A DNA stretch of 64,000 bases from Candidatus Enterousia sp. (GCA_045613785.1 JAZLBQ010000007.1:64001-128000), one strand, 5' to 3'. Positions 27,605 to 38,831 are shown, numbered from the stretch's first letter. Notes: generated by a model not told the origin, from the letters alone. Numbers and translations are program-made.

Positions 27605-28309
27605 TTGAATTATCCAGACGAATTTAACACACCGACATTTCCTGCGGGGCCTCGCATTGCATCGTCCCGTGCTGTTTCTATTGCGATAATGGCAGTGTTA
27701 TTTTTGATTATGTGTGCGTGTGGATTTTTATTATGGGCTCAACGCTCTGCCCAGGTTCACCCATTTTTAGTATCCATCAATAATATAACTGGACAGTGGG
27801 ATATCATAGGTCATCATCACAATCGAACACGTGAAATTACAACAACACAATCATTACAAGAATCGGTTATTGGAAAATTTTTAACCAGTTGGTTTTGGAT
27901 ATCGGGCAATGAACGCCTGAATGCGGCACTGTGGAAGCGGTGTGATTATGCCGCAGATTGTAATCCTGAATCTCAAACTTCAAATGAAACAGGGCCTGTG
28001 GCGTGTTCATTATATTGTTTAACAGGTGGTGGAATATTTTCCAGTTTTACTTCTGATGTTATGCCGGATTATGAACGGCGTGCAGCATCTGGTGAAACTT
28101 GGATGGTTGACATGTCAACTGTTCAGTTTGTTCCACTTGGGACAATTGGTGCAAATGGTGGTTCTTGGCAAATTCGTGCAACAATTATGTCGAACCTAAG
28201 CGAGCCGATAAATATATTGGCCTATGCCCAGGTATCACGCAACACAGAAACATATCCACAAACATTGGGTTATTACATTTCGGACTTTAATGCGTATAAG
28301 ATGAACTAA
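27605..28309 (+). CDS. Bitopic membrane protein, VirB8/TrbF-like
   Basis: One TM, PFLV, ES.I.KFL helix, C-terminal LGYYISDF. Confidence 0.5.
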   Translation: MNYPDEFNTPTFPAGPRIASSRAVSIAIMAVLFLIMCACGFLLWAQRSAQVHPFLVSINNITGQWDIIGHHHNRTREITTTQSLQESVIGKFLTSWFWISGNERLNAALWKRCDYAADCNPESQTSNETGPVACSLYCLTGGGIFSSFTSDVMPDYERRAASGETWMVDMSTVQFVPLGTIGANGGSWQIRATIMSNLSEPINILAYAQVSRNTETYPQTLGYYISDFNAYKMN

Positions 28310-28950
28310 TGAGGAAGTTGATATTATTTTTATCAGGCTTGATATTATTGGCAGTAATGTTTGGTGTCATTACTGTGTCTGGCTTGATATATGATACCAG
28401 TGCCAAGACCACTGTTGAAACGTATTTCTTTCAGCCTGCTGATAATAATTTGCGTCGTCCTGGTGTTCCTGTATCACCATCAGATTTGGGGGACGAAGCG
28501 ATGCGTCAACGCCTTATTTCAAAATATATCACAGAATATTTTTATGTGACCCCCGATACGACAGATTTAGAACGCAGAAAATCTGGACAGACTGCATTGG
28601 CACGCATGTCAACACGTGCAGCATTTGATACATGGTTGGCAACTGCTGTTCCTGAAATAGAAGAATTATCTACCCAGGGTGCATTACGCACGGTTTCTTT
28701 GATTTCTGCGACCCAGCGTCCAAATGAAAAGTATTGGGAAATAGTTTATGAATTAAAGACCTGGTCAAAATCGAATAATTTTTCGGTTTTGCCGACAACA
28801 GACCGCGGCATTTTGTATCTGGATATCTTTTATCAGCCTGGTATGCGTGCCATGGTTGGGAAAAAGACCATCGAACAATATCTTGAATCCGGGGGCGATC
28901 CTGCTGTTGTGTTCAGATTTGGTGTCTTAGATGTTGCATCACAGAACTAA
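28309..28950 (+). CDS. Bitopic membrane protein, VirB8-like
   Basis: One TM, LISKYITEYFYV helix, C-terminal FRFGV; translationally coupled to the previous gene. Confidence 0.5.
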   Translation: MRKLILFLSGLILLAVMFGVITVSGLIYDTSAKTTVETYFFQPADNNLRRPGVPVSPSDLGDEAMRQRLISKYITEYFYVTPDTTDLERRKSGQTALARMSTRAAFDTWLATAVPEIEELSTQGALRTVSLISATQRPNEKYWEIVYELKTWSKSNNFSVLPTTDRGILYLDIFYQPGMRAMVGKKTIEQYLESGGDPAVVFRFGVLDVASQN

Positions 28951-28969
28951 CGGGGTTAAAATAAGAATA

Positions 28970-29749
28970 ATGTTTATGCGTTTGTTTACAATTTTATTTC
29001 TGACTATAATTATACCCGTCTGTGGATACGCAGCGTCTGATGCGTTTGATTTTGAAAATTTTGCAATTATTGACAGCACGGACGCAGACCTAACGACAGA
29101 ACCTGTTGCACTAAATTCTGATGCTGATGTTGTGGGGGTTGGCGGATTTGATGTTGCGGGTATTATGTTGGGGATGTCATTTGACGATGTTTATTCTCTG
29201 TTTTTCAAGCAAAATGGTTTATATGCACCACGTCGTCAAAACGGTATAATTTATACAATACATCCTGATTGGAAATATAACTTGGATTATGAGTGTCGCA
29301 ATCAAGGAACGGTAATTCCATCAGAATTGGAAAAGTGCATAAACAGCCTGGCACGTGCCCGTGGATTATTGTATGTGTCCCAGGTTCATCTTGTTCGTGA
29401 AAACACTGGTGAAACATTGACTGTATATTTTACCAGCAACGCAACAGATAACGTTGTTTACCGTGTTGTTTATAATAACGACGTTAACGTGCAAGAAGGT
29501 GCGTCTGAAAAGTTTGCCAAACAACGTGAAAACAAAATATTATCTTTTTGGCAAAGTGTGTTGGATAAATATGGTGCACCAAATTCTGGCACTGACCGTT
29601 GGATATCCAGCACCAGTTCATATGATCCAATGCTGATTGCGTATTATGGTGCATTAGATTTAATTGACAATGGTCGTAATGCATCTGACCAGGTAAAAAA
29701 CAGTCAGTCGGCACGTGAAAATTTCCGGGCAAAACCTTATGCATTCTAG
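28970..29749 (+). CDS. Secreted hypothetical protein
   Basis: Signal peptide; FDVAGIMLGMS, LDKYGAP. Confidence 0.65.
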   Translation: MFMRLFTILFLTIIIPVCGYAASDAFDFENFAIIDSTDADLTTEPVALNSDADVVGVGGFDVAGIMLGMSFDDVYSLFFKQNGLYAPRRQNGIIYTIHPDWKYNLDYECRNQGTVIPSELEKCINSLARARGLLYVSQVHLVRENTGETLTVYFTSNATDNVVYRVVYNNDVNVQEGASEKFAKQRENKILSFWQSVLDKYGAPNSGTDRWISSTSSYDPMLIAYYGALDLIDNGRNASDQVKNSQSARENFRAKPYAF

Positions 29750-30089
29750 GTCGTCATATCAGCGTGGTTTATTTGCGGAATTTCTGGCACGCACATATTT
29801 GCGACTGCACGGTTTTAGGATAATCAAATCCAGATATATAACCGGTCGGCACACGAACCGTGCTGAAATTGATATTATTGCCCGTCGTGGGAAACTGTTG
29901 CTTTTCATAGAGGTAAAAAATCGCCCTAGTGTATTAAAATCATTCGAGGCAATCACTGCCGTCCAGGCTTCACGTTTGCGTCGTGCTGCCGAAACTTATA
30001 TTGTTCAAACAGGCTGGACAGGCGATGCACGCTTTGATGTTATTTCTGTATCTGGTTATAAAATAAAATGGATAAAAAATTGCATATAA
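29739..30089 (+). CDS. yraN: YraN family endonuclease-like protein
   Basis: G..AE..A..YL, EIDIIA, FIEVK, RFDVI. Confidence 0.9.
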   Translation: MHSRSSYQRGLFAEFLARTYLRLHGFRIIKSRYITGRHTNRAEIDIIARRGKLLLFIEVKNRPSVLKSFEAITAVQASRLRRAAETYIVQTGWTGDARFDVISVSGYKIKWIKNCI

Positions 30090-30154
30090 ATATTGCGATT
30101 TGGATATAAATCCTATATAATGACAAATGTTGATCATAACAAAAAGGAGAACAT

Positions 30155-30304
30155 ATGAAAAAAGTTATGTTAGCATTGTTTGCTGTTTTGACATTGGCAG
30201 CTTGCACTGGTTCATATAAATCAGGTAATTGTGAATATGATTTCTTGCTGCACAAAGATATTTCAGTTTCAAAAATCATCGGCAATATGACCGGCGGTTG
30301 TTAA
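30155..30304 (+). CDS. Small lipoprotein
   Basis: Manual ORF MKKVMLALFAVLTLAAC...GGC with AGGAG RBS and terminator at 30306-30333. Confidence 0.75.
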   Translation: MKKVMLALFAVLTLAACTGSYKSGNCEYDFLLHKDISVSKIIGNMTGGC

Positions 30305-30389
30305 TAAAAATCCCCCGATTGGGGGATTTTTTTGTGCTTTTATTTTTTTTGCGACAAAATAAATACCCCACCATTAGGTGGGGATATTA

Positions 30390-31637
30390 TTATTTTTGTC
30401 TTGAAAAACTGTAATCCATCAACAAGTGATTTGGATTATATTTTTTATTCATGATTGCCAACGTGTCTTCAACGATAACCAGTTCTTCGTTAGTTGGAAT
30501 CATAAATACCTTTACAGGGCTGTCAGGTGTGCTGATAACGCTTTCGCCAAATCCCTTGCGAGCCAATGTCTCAGCGTTCTTTTTGACATCTAACTTGATA
30601 CCGATGTTTTCCAGTCCTGTGCAGAAACGTTCACGCAGATATTCGTCATTTTCGCCAACACCTGCTGTAAATACAACTGCATCAACACGTCCCAGTTCTG
30701 CCATATAAGCACCGATGTATTTTTTTACATTTTGAACTTCGGTTTCGATGGCCAAGCGGCACAAATCATTTGTTCCCTTGTTTTCTTCTACATCACGACG
30801 GTCTGCATAGCATTCTGTGATACCTTTTAATCCAGAATCCTTGTTTAAATGAGTCTGCATTTGTGCAGGGCTCAGTTTTAGTTGTTCCATCACATACAAT
30901 ACAACACCTGGATCCAAATCGCCTGGGCGTGTTCCCATTGTCAAACCCGACAGTGGTGTCATACCCAACGAAGTATCTACGGAAATACCATTTCGAATAG
31001 CAGTTGCAGATGCCCCTGAACCGATGTGCATTGTAATCAAGTTGCAGTCTTTTGCTGGTTTTCCCAACATAGCTGCTGCACGTTTCGAAACATACAAGTG
31101 GCTTGTTCCGTGGAATCCATAGCGACGAACGCCTAATTCTTTATACCATGCGTTTGGCACGGCATAGCGGTATGAATAGTCTGGCATTGTCTGATGGAAT
31201 GCAGTATCAAACACTGCGACCTGCTTTGCATTTGGCAACAACTGTTTAGCAGTCATAATACCACGCAGTGCAGGTGGGTTATGCAATGGTGCCAAAGGCG
31301 ACAATTTATCAATAGTCTTGATAACTTCATCTGTAATTTCAACTGAAGAAGCGAATTTATCACCCCCCATAACAACACGATGACCGACACCGCCGATTTC
31401 GTTCAAATCAACAGAAGCTTCACGCAGCATAAACAGAACTACGTTCAAAGCCTCGTCGTGATTTTTCATAGAAGTTTCCTTCTTTTGCTTTGTTCCATCT
31501 GGATACTTTTGAGTAACAAAGGAATCAGGCAAGCCAATTTTTTCAACATTACCACCAACGATGGCTGATTTTGTATCTGCGTCAAAGACCTGATATTTCA
31601 GGGACGAAGACCCACAGTTCAGTGCAAGTATATACAT
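30390..31637 (-). CDS. ackA: Acetate kinase
   Basis: LNCGSSSLK, APLHNP, FDTAFH, YGFHGTSH, TAGVGEN, PTNEE. Confidence 0.97.
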   Translation of the reverse strand: MYILALNCGSSSLKYQVFDADTKSAIVGGNVEKIGLPDSFVTQKYPDGTKQKKETSMKNHDEALNVVLFMLREASVDLNEIGGVGHRVVMGGDKFASSVEITDEVIKTIDKLSPLAPLHNPPALRGIMTAKQLLPNAKQVAVFDTAFHQTMPDYSYRYAVPNAWYKELGVRRYGFHGTSHLYVSKRAAAMLGKPAKDCNLITMHIGSGASATAIRNGISVDTSLGMTPLSGLTMGTRPGDLDPGVVLYVMEQLKLSPAQMQTHLNKDSGLKGITECYADRRDVEENKGTNDLCRLAIETEVQNVKKYIGAYMAELGRVDAVVFTAGVGENDEYLRERFCTGLENIGIKLDVKKNAETLARKGFGESVISTPDSPVKVFMIPTNEELVIVEDTLAIMNKKYNPNHLLMDYSFSRQK

Positions 31638-31690
31638 ATTTCATCCTTTTTTCTTCTTCGCCCCCAGCATAGCAAACGATATTATTGTTT

Positions 31691-32263
31691 TCAACAGTAA
31701 ACTCGGAATTTTACGTCCCAATTTTCATCATTTACATATGTTGTTTCACCTGTTTCTTTGTGGCTAACCCAGTATTGTTCATATCCGACCATAAGGCAAA
31801 CATGAAGGCCATTTTCATCTGTGTGCGTATTAGGTATAGGGTTGGTTCGGTTGCCGATTCCAAAAGCGTTTACAACATCGCCAACTTGATAGCCTGCATC
31901 AGAGGCTTTACAAACCAGGGTAGTTTGAATAAATTCAGGTTGTTTATCAGTATTGATGATAAAGTCCAGAAACGCACACTTGCTGTTGATTGGCACAGTG
32001 CGTGTTTCGATTGTATCGAAAGTTTTTGGAGCAAATTTTTCAACGATCTGTGTCCAGAATTCATCTGGGACGGTTTCTATGTCGATATTTCCAGAATTTG
32101 AATTTATCTGGTCTGCACGTGCCAGTGGTATTCCACCGATTGTCTGACCGTCGTGGACACGCAGTGTTTTATTGTCGGTATCCATTGTGATTTCACCAAT
32201 CATACCTGTAAAATTATCGTGTTCGTTTGCCGAGCCACGCCTGATTTGTATTATTCGTGACAT
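31691..32263 (-). CDS. Mtd N-terminal domain (tail-fibre-like) protein
   Basis: IQIRRG...FTGMIGEITMDTDNKTLRVHDGQTIGG, paralogous to 15518-16030. Confidence 0.7.
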   Translation of the reverse strand: MSRIIQIRRGSANEHDNFTGMIGEITMDTDNKTLRVHDGQTIGGIPLARADQINSNSGNIDIETVPDEFWTQIVEKFAPKTFDTIETRTVPINSKCAFLDFIINTDKQPEFIQTTLVCKASDAGYQVGDVVNAFGIGNRTNPIPNTHTDENGLHVCLMVGYEQYWVSHKETGETTYVNDENWDVKFRVYC

Positions 32264-32295
32264 AATCTCATCCTTTTTATTTTAGATTTTTTAAT

Positions 32296-32398
32296 TAAAA
32301 AATCCCCACCCAAACGGGGCAGGGAATATAAAAAAGCAAACGCCACCAAAACCTGGTGACGATGTCGTTATTATATCACAAAAACACAAAAAAATCAA
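32296..32398 (-). promoter_or_regulatory. Promoter followed by two tandem terminator hairpins upstream of the Mtd-N gene
   Basis: TTGATT-N17-TATAAT (32398-32370); CGTCACCA..TGGTGGCG-TTTGCTTTTTT; TCCCTGCCC..GGGTGGGGA-TTTTTT. Confidence 0.65.
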
Positions 32399-32420
32399 GC
32401 CGTTTGATACAGGGTATATT

Positions 32421-34223
32421 TTATCGTCCTATGTTATTTGAATTATAAAAATCTTCGAACTGGTTTTCCATATTCGTATTTGTTGACCCTGTTGGCTTTG
32501 TGTCTGCTTGTTTCTGACGTTTTTTATGAGAAACAAATATATTATAATCTTTAGTGTTCGCAGACGAATTTACAAAATCCCAGAATGCAAACAGTTCTTC
32601 CATCATTGCCCTTTTTGCTGGGTCGCTATATTCAATACTGTCTGTGATACGCTTTCCCAGTCTGCTTGTTCCTTGTTTAAATTTTACGCCATTTTCTTTG
32701 ATTAGATTCTTTGCCATATTGCCCAGTTCAAATGCACCCATCAATGCGGTATTGACAACTTTATCAAATGCGTTTGTGACAATTTGCATTCCTTGGTTTT
32801 TATTCCATGAATATTTTGAATCTGATACCAAATTAAGTGGTGATTTTTTTAACTGGTCACGAATTGACGATGTTGTGGTAGTGTATCGCATTACTGCCAG
32901 CATTTCCAAAGCAACTTTTGCTTCTGCCTTTTTATCATCGTGTGCAGCCGCTTTGATTATCTCCGATATCAATGCACGCATCTGGTCACCGTCCTTCAGT
33001 GCCTCTTTAAAGAAATCCAAGCCAGATAATTTTGTCATGGTTTCCTTTACCCACTTCAATTTTTTTTGCACTGGATTTGGCAACTTGCCGTTTATATCGC
33101 CAAAAGTGTCCAAAATTTTCTTGGTCCCATCGGTTGGTTTTACGCCTTTTTTTATCAATTCAGGAACGATATACCGTGCATCTGTTGAATATATGTGTCT
33201 TGTGTGTTTGGTATTTAGTTTGCTAACAGTATCGACTTTCCAGTCGTTTATTTTGTCTTGGGCACGCTTCCAAAATGTTTTTCTGTCTGAATACTTTGGG
33301 GTTAACGCATTATCCCCATCTTTATAGTTTGTTTCATACAGACCCTTGTTTATCCATTTTGTGATATCACCTTCTGTATCTTTTTCTGCAAATTTGCCAC
33401 GCAATTTTTCATCAGACACCAGTTTGCCCAACATTTTCGGCATTTCTGACTCAAATGTAGCCAATGAAGCGGGAACGATTGGTGAGTTTAATTGTTTACG
33501 AATTGCATCAATTGATGTTATATCCAATTGAGCAGCCGGTCCTACCCCTGGAATCGTTACAGCTGTCCCCAGACATGCAGGAATGTTATTCGCAGGCAAT
33601 GGTTTGTCGCCACCCCACTGATAATAATGGCTGATGCTGCCCAAAAACTTGTGTAAATTTTTCTGGGTTTTTGTATCTGATACATATGCACCACTGCTCA
33701 GATTATCGACCAGGCCCTTCAGGTCTTTTTCTTTCAATTCCCCGTTAAAGAAATTTGTAAAATCATTCAGGTTTGTGTTAATGTAATTTGCAATGCCTAC
33801 CGGGTCTGCTAGTGCAGGAATAGTATATTGTTCAATTGCCTTGCCAGAACCATAGAACGCATTCAGAAATTTTTTCGTGGGGTCATTTTCACGCAGTTCC
33901 TTGTCTGCTTGAATATCACGCATCACAGGTGCAAGTTTTAGATATAAATCCTTCAAATCCGCAATAACTGGACTTACACCTGTTGCGACATCTTCGCCAT
34001 TGTATGTGTATGTTGCGGCTCTTGGTGGGGTTGCTGTTGGGTCGGCTGGGGTTATATCACCAATTGTTGGTAAATTAGCCGCAGGATTCCACTCCTGTTG
34101 CTTTTTTGTTAACAGACCTTTTTTTCTTAAATCTTCCAATTTTGCACGTGTGGCATCATCCATATTTCGCAGATTTAACTGCTTTGCCAAATCAATAATA
34201 AACTTTTCGTTATCAAACGCCAT
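32421..34223 (-). CDS. Hypothetical protein, 600 aa
   Basis: Long ORF with AAGG RBS; no motif recognised. Confidence 0.7.
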   Translation of the reverse strand: MAFDNEKFIIDLAKQLNLRNMDDATRAKLEDLRKKGLLTKKQQEWNPAANLPTIGDITPADPTATPPRAATYTYNGEDVATGVSPVIADLKDLYLKLAPVMRDIQADKELRENDPTKKFLNAFYGSGKAIEQYTIPALADPVGIANYINTNLNDFTNFFNGELKEKDLKGLVDNLSSGAYVSDTKTQKNLHKFLGSISHYYQWGGDKPLPANNIPACLGTAVTIPGVGPAAQLDITSIDAIRKQLNSPIVPASLATFESEMPKMLGKLVSDEKLRGKFAEKDTEGDITKWINKGLYETNYKDGDNALTPKYSDRKTFWKRAQDKINDWKVDTVSKLNTKHTRHIYSTDARYIVPELIKKGVKPTDGTKKILDTFGDINGKLPNPVQKKLKWVKETMTKLSGLDFFKEALKDGDQMRALISEIIKAAAHDDKKAEAKVALEMLAVMRYTTTTSSIRDQLKKSPLNLVSDSKYSWNKNQGMQIVTNAFDKVVNTALMGAFELGNMAKNLIKENGVKFKQGTSRLGKRITDSIEYSDPAKRAMMEELFAFWDFVNSSANTKDYNIFVSHKKRQKQADTKPTGSTNTNMENQFEDFYNSNNIGR

Positions 34224-34335
34224 ATCTGTGCACCTTTTCTTATCCCATTTATTATAGTTCTTTTTATGCAGATTTTCAATATTTACTATACTTTTGTGGC
34301 AAAAAAATTATATACTCGTCCCAAAGGGGAAAAGC

Positions 34336-35511
34336 GTGAAAAGATTATTTATTTCATTATACGGATTTGCATTTTTTAACAAGTTTTTACTGCTTACCCC
34401 TGTTTATGCTATTTTTATGCAGGAAAACGGTCTGTCTGACCTGCAATTGTCCACAATGTTTATTGTTTCTGCACTGGGGACAATATTAGGACAAATTCCC
34501 ATTGCGTTTCTGACAAATCGTTTGGGACAGCGTTGGTCAATGATTGTTGGGCAATTTGCTAAACTGTTCGCTATATTGCTTTGGCTGTTTATGCCGAATT
34601 ATATTGGGTTTTTTGTTGGTATGTTCTTGTGGGGTGTTCAGGCTGGTTTTCGCAGTGTTGCATTCGAAGGCCTGGTCTATGATTCAATATCCGCCTATGG
34701 GTTGCGGGCTGATTATTCACGTATCTTAGGGCGAAAATCAACGTATGAGTCTGTTGGGGTTGCATTATCTGCATTTGGTTCATTGCTGATGTTTCTAGGC
34801 TATGATTGGGTGACTTGGGCGTCTGCATTTGCGATATTGTCGTCAATGTTATGTTTGCTGGCTATTCCATACCGTCCAGAAATGCAAAGTGTTCCTGTTT
34901 CAACATTAAAGTTCCGTAAATTATTGCGTTCAGGCATTCGTGTAATATTAAAGACGCCGTGTTTAATGTCTGTTATGCTGGTGACGTTATTAGCGATAAA
35001 CCTGCCATATCTGGACGATTTTTTAAGTCCGATTGGATTACAAATTGGTATCCCAACAGAGTTTGTAGGGCTTGTTCCGTTGTTCTTGTTAGGGTGTGCT
35101 ACATTAGGGCAACGCTTTGCCTATAGGTTCAGTCATATCACAGATTGGTTTTTATATTGTCTGATTGGTGTTGTTGGTATATGTTTTATCTTGTTCGGTG
35201 GCACATACAACACAGGAACACTGTGGTTGCTGGGGGTTGCGTATATGTTGTTCTATGGAATATATACTCTGCTTTACGCACGATTTCAGCACATGTTGCC
35301 GGTGGCATATCGGTCAATAGTTTTATCTGTTTACACAACAATCAATTACTTGATTTATATTGGCGTATGTGGGGTTGTTGGGCTGGGCTCAACACTTGGC
35401 AGCTGGCGTTTCAGCATAATAATTCTTGGGGTCTTGATGTTGATATTGATGGCTGGGGCGTTTTTGTTTGTTCGACCACGCTGTAAAATACGGGCAGGGG
35501 ACTTGTCCTAG
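34336..35511 (+). CDS. MFS transporter
   Basis: About 12 TM helices, LTNRLGQR loop motif. Confidence 0.85.
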   Translation: MKRLFISLYGFAFFNKFLLLTPVYAIFMQENGLSDLQLSTMFIVSALGTILGQIPIAFLTNRLGQRWSMIVGQFAKLFAILLWLFMPNYIGFFVGMFLWGVQAGFRSVAFEGLVYDSISAYGLRADYSRILGRKSTYESVGVALSAFGSLLMFLGYDWVTWASAFAILSSMLCLLAIPYRPEMQSVPVSTLKFRKLLRSGIRVILKTPCLMSVMLVTLLAINLPYLDDFLSPIGLQIGIPTEFVGLVPLFLLGCATLGQRFAYRFSHITDWFLYCLIGVVGICFILFGGTYNTGTLWLLGVAYMLFYGIYTLLYARFQHMLPVAYRSIVLSVYTTINYLIYIGVCGVVGLGSTLGSWRFSIIILGVLMLILMAGAFLFVRPRCKIRAGDLS

Positions 35512-35559
35512 GTGTTTGTTCTTATACAAATTGCCGTAAAAGTGATTTAAAATACGCTT

Positions 35560-36243
35560 ATGAAGCTAAGCGTCAGAACATTTATGTTAAAAAGTCTGCC
35601 ATACCTGATGTCCATTGCAGGTGGTGTAATTTTATATACCGGTGCGATTGACAATGCCCCCAATGCAAATATCCGAGATTTAGTAATAAATGTATCTGCG
35701 TCATTGCTGTCAATTCCATTGGTGTTTTTGTTATATGATTACACTAATTCCCGAATAAACAGTCAAATGAAAAAGACCCTTGCGAATAGCTTATCTGACA
35801 AATTAAATACGCTGATATTGAACATAATAATGACATTACGAGAATCGATGTCTATTCGGACGAAACTAACTCCAGAAAATTTGAACAGGATGCTGATATT
35901 GCGAGCACCAGAAATATCACGTCGTCAAAAAATGACACTACGCATATTACAAGACCTCCATACATACCACGACAGTTTGGATACGTTATTATATCGGAAC
36001 TCACAAAGTGATGTATTGACCCCGACCCAAGTCCAGATTTTATCAGGTTTAACACGTGATATAACACACTTGATAAACGAGAACAAATTTCGTCGGAACA
36101 AACATATTGCATCGAAATACACAGAAAACATAATGAATCACATCTTAGACTGGCTAGATTCTGATGCACTAGCAAGCATAACAATTCAGGCACATTTATC
36201 GCCAAACATAGTGAAAAAACCAGGAAAAACGAATAAAAAATAA
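35560..36243 (+). CDS. Two-TM hypothetical membrane protein
   Basis: Two N-terminal hydrophobic helices, soluble C-terminus. Confidence 0.6.
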   Translation: MKLSVRTFMLKSLPYLMSIAGGVILYTGAIDNAPNANIRDLVINVSASLLSIPLVFLLYDYTNSRINSQMKKTLANSLSDKLNTLILNIIMTLRESMSIRTKLTPENLNRMLILRAPEISRRQKMTLRILQDLHTYHDSLDTLLYRNSQSDVLTPTQVQILSGLTRDITHLINENKFRRNKHIASKYTENIMNHILDWLDSDALASITIQAHLSPNIVKKPGKTNKK

Positions 36244-36345
36244 AAAAGTATTATTTTTTCTTGCAATTTAAATTTTTTTATGTCAAAATATCGCCCGACC
36301 CTTGGGAAAAAGATAGAAATATTTTTGATTCCCAGGTCCGGTTTT

Positions 36346-36421
36346 GGGGACATAGCTCAGTTGGTAGAGCAAATGACTTTTAATCATTGGGTCCAGGGTT
36401 CGAGTCCCTGTGTCCCCACCA
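36346..36421 (+). tRNA. tRNA-Lys(TTT)
   Basis: GGGGACATAGCTCAG...AATGA-CTTTTAA-TCATT...TGTCCCCACCA, followed by a terminator hairpin. Confidence 0.96.
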
Positions 36422-36555
36422 GGAAATCCGCAGAAATCTGCGGTTTTTTATTTTGTCCTAGTTGTCGAAAATACCAATTTGTGCTGTAAAAAAGCACGAA
36501 AAAGCGTGTTTTTGCACAAAGTTTGCACAAAATCTGCACAAATGCCCCTTTCAGA

Positions 36556-38714
36556 CTGTGCATAATATTTACTTGGTCTTTGATTGCTTTGCTGATTGTT
36601 TTCTCACGTTCCTGCATAGTTTCCGTTGTAGATGGTATGATTTCGCCGTTTTCGTCACGTGGGTTCGTCATACTATCTCTTGCAGGACTGGATGGGATTG
36701 GTGGCAAAGTCATATTCCCATACCATACATTGAAGAAATCAACCGCTGACTGGTCTAATACTGGATGGACAATCATACCGTTTTCGTTTCTAAATCCAAT
36801 CTGTGCGATAGATTTATACTTTTCAGGTATCCAGTTCAAGTATTCTGTCATTGGCAGTGTAGCACCATCAGGAACGGGTGCAAGACCAGTAATAACTGCT
36901 TCGGTCATCGTTGCGAATGTTTCCTGCTGACTGCGTGTCAATGTTTCCTGCTGTGGGTCTATGCCTAGAATACCGAATAAAGTGTTGGTTTCGTCAATCC
37001 ACTGCTGACCGATAGTCAATTCCCCTTTGGATGCTTTCTTGAACATAGAAAACGTATTGTCCAGCCAGAAATGTGCCATTTCGTGTGGCAGGGTCATTGT
37101 ATTCATATTTCTACCCAGAACAATAACCTTTAACTCTGCATCATAGTATCCGTTCGCTTGTGTGCGTTGGAATAACTGGTTGCCCAATTGGTCAAATTTC
37201 TTACGTAATACTTTTACATCTTTATCGTTGAATATTACGAAGCAGCGACCATCCTGTTGACCGTCATAAGTAATCCCTTTAATGCCATGCTTTTCCAACA
37301 ACTGTGATGCTTCTTTATCATTACCAACCAAGTTAGAAATACGGTCGTATATGTTGCCACCACTAAAGCCAAGTTCCCAATCTGTTATTTCTTGCTGAAC
37401 AAAATCAACGCCGTCTTCGTGGTATTTATCAAACACAGGGTCTGCTAAAACTTCTTTCAGTTTTTCTTTTACAAATGCTGGCTGGTCTTTTAATAATTTC
37501 TGTTCATCTAGCAATACGTCCATTTCTGGTATATCTACTTCGTGAACTTGCCCCTTTGGTTCTATGTATTTTAACAAATCAACATTCATATCTTCTAACA
37601 ATGACAGTGTTTTTTTGTATGCTTGTATGTCTGCGTTGCCTTCAAGAAACCACTCTTCGCTATGTTCAGAACGTTTGGCAGTAGATAATAAATCTTCAAT
37701 ATCTTTTATGCGCGCGGTTATCCATCGTTCTGTTGCGTTTTTACCTGTGTCAGTTAAATGTTTTAATGTAAGTCCGTCAATATCTTTATACTTTGTTTCT
37801 GGCATTGGCTTACCATTATAAAAATAATTGTTTGAACCGCGTTTTTCGTCTGCAATAAATGTTTCACGATATTTTTCTGCAATCTGTGGGTCAAGTGCAT
37901 AATACAATCCCCAGCCGTGTGCCTGTGCGCCTTCGCCTGTTCCTATTGCTTCTAGCGAAGGTCTATCATAGTCAACACGAGAACCAGCATAGGCAGATTG
38001 GTATAAGACCCCTTCATTATATCTTGCAGGCTTGACTTTTTGTCTTAAAACACCTAAACTAATAGTAGTGATAGAACCAGTATCCAACCGCTTAAACGGT
38101 CTCGCTGCTGGTTCTATTTCTATTTCAGTGATTTTTTGCCCTGCAAACACATTAGGATTATCCGCTCTGGTGGACACATCCACATATATTGCCACACTGT
38201 ATGGAATGTTATCTATTACTAATGCAGAATGATATATATCTTGTCCTTTGACATTTGGGTGTCTTATATCCGATTTTCTAAAACCTGAATAATGTGCTTT
38301 TTGTAATATTTGTTTTATTTCTTGCAAAACAGCAAAGTATTCTTTTTTATGTCCCTTGGAAACAGCACGTTTTATTCCGGCGTTTGATAACAACACAATT
38401 TCTCCGTTGGATTTGATGCTTACATTCCTTTCATCGCCTAGAACCGATTGTATATATTCTATCAGTTTCTTTTTAGTTCCAAATGCCTTTATTGTTTTTT
38501 CTGAAACCTTGACCGGTTCAATAGTTTCGCTATCATCAGCAATTTGTGGTCCTTCTTCTCTTTGAACAAGGTCTGTCTGTTCTAGAACCTGTATATCAAC
38601 TGTATTATCAAACTGGTTCATTCTAGACATCAGGACTGCTGTTAAACTTTTACTGGTGCAGTGGTCGCCGTCAAATGATTCAAGATTTTGTTCTTTTAAC
38701 GCCTGATAATACAA
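36556..38714 (-). pseudogene. Internal fragment of a giant phage polyvalent (LPD-type) protein
   Basis: IGTGEGAQAHGWGLYY, GIKGITYDG...FVIFND, HEMAHFW metallopeptidase-like motif; no good start, and the 3' end runs into tRNA-flanking DNA. Confidence 0.7.
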
Positions 38715-38831
38715 ATCGTCATCGTTGAATATACCTTTCTTGCCTAGACGATTATTGCCGTTTTTTTATTATTGCTTTTTTGCCCGTTTTTGTTAAATTC
38801 AAGCCAGGATAAAATAATACAGGTGGGAAAA

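Noticed and set aside
32554-33327. 257-aa plus-strand ORF and similar long antisense ORFs
   Set aside because: Shadows of longer genes on the opposite strand
36384-36555. C-terminal extension of the 776-aa ORF
   Set aside because: Read-through into att-like DNA and the antisense of tRNA-Lys
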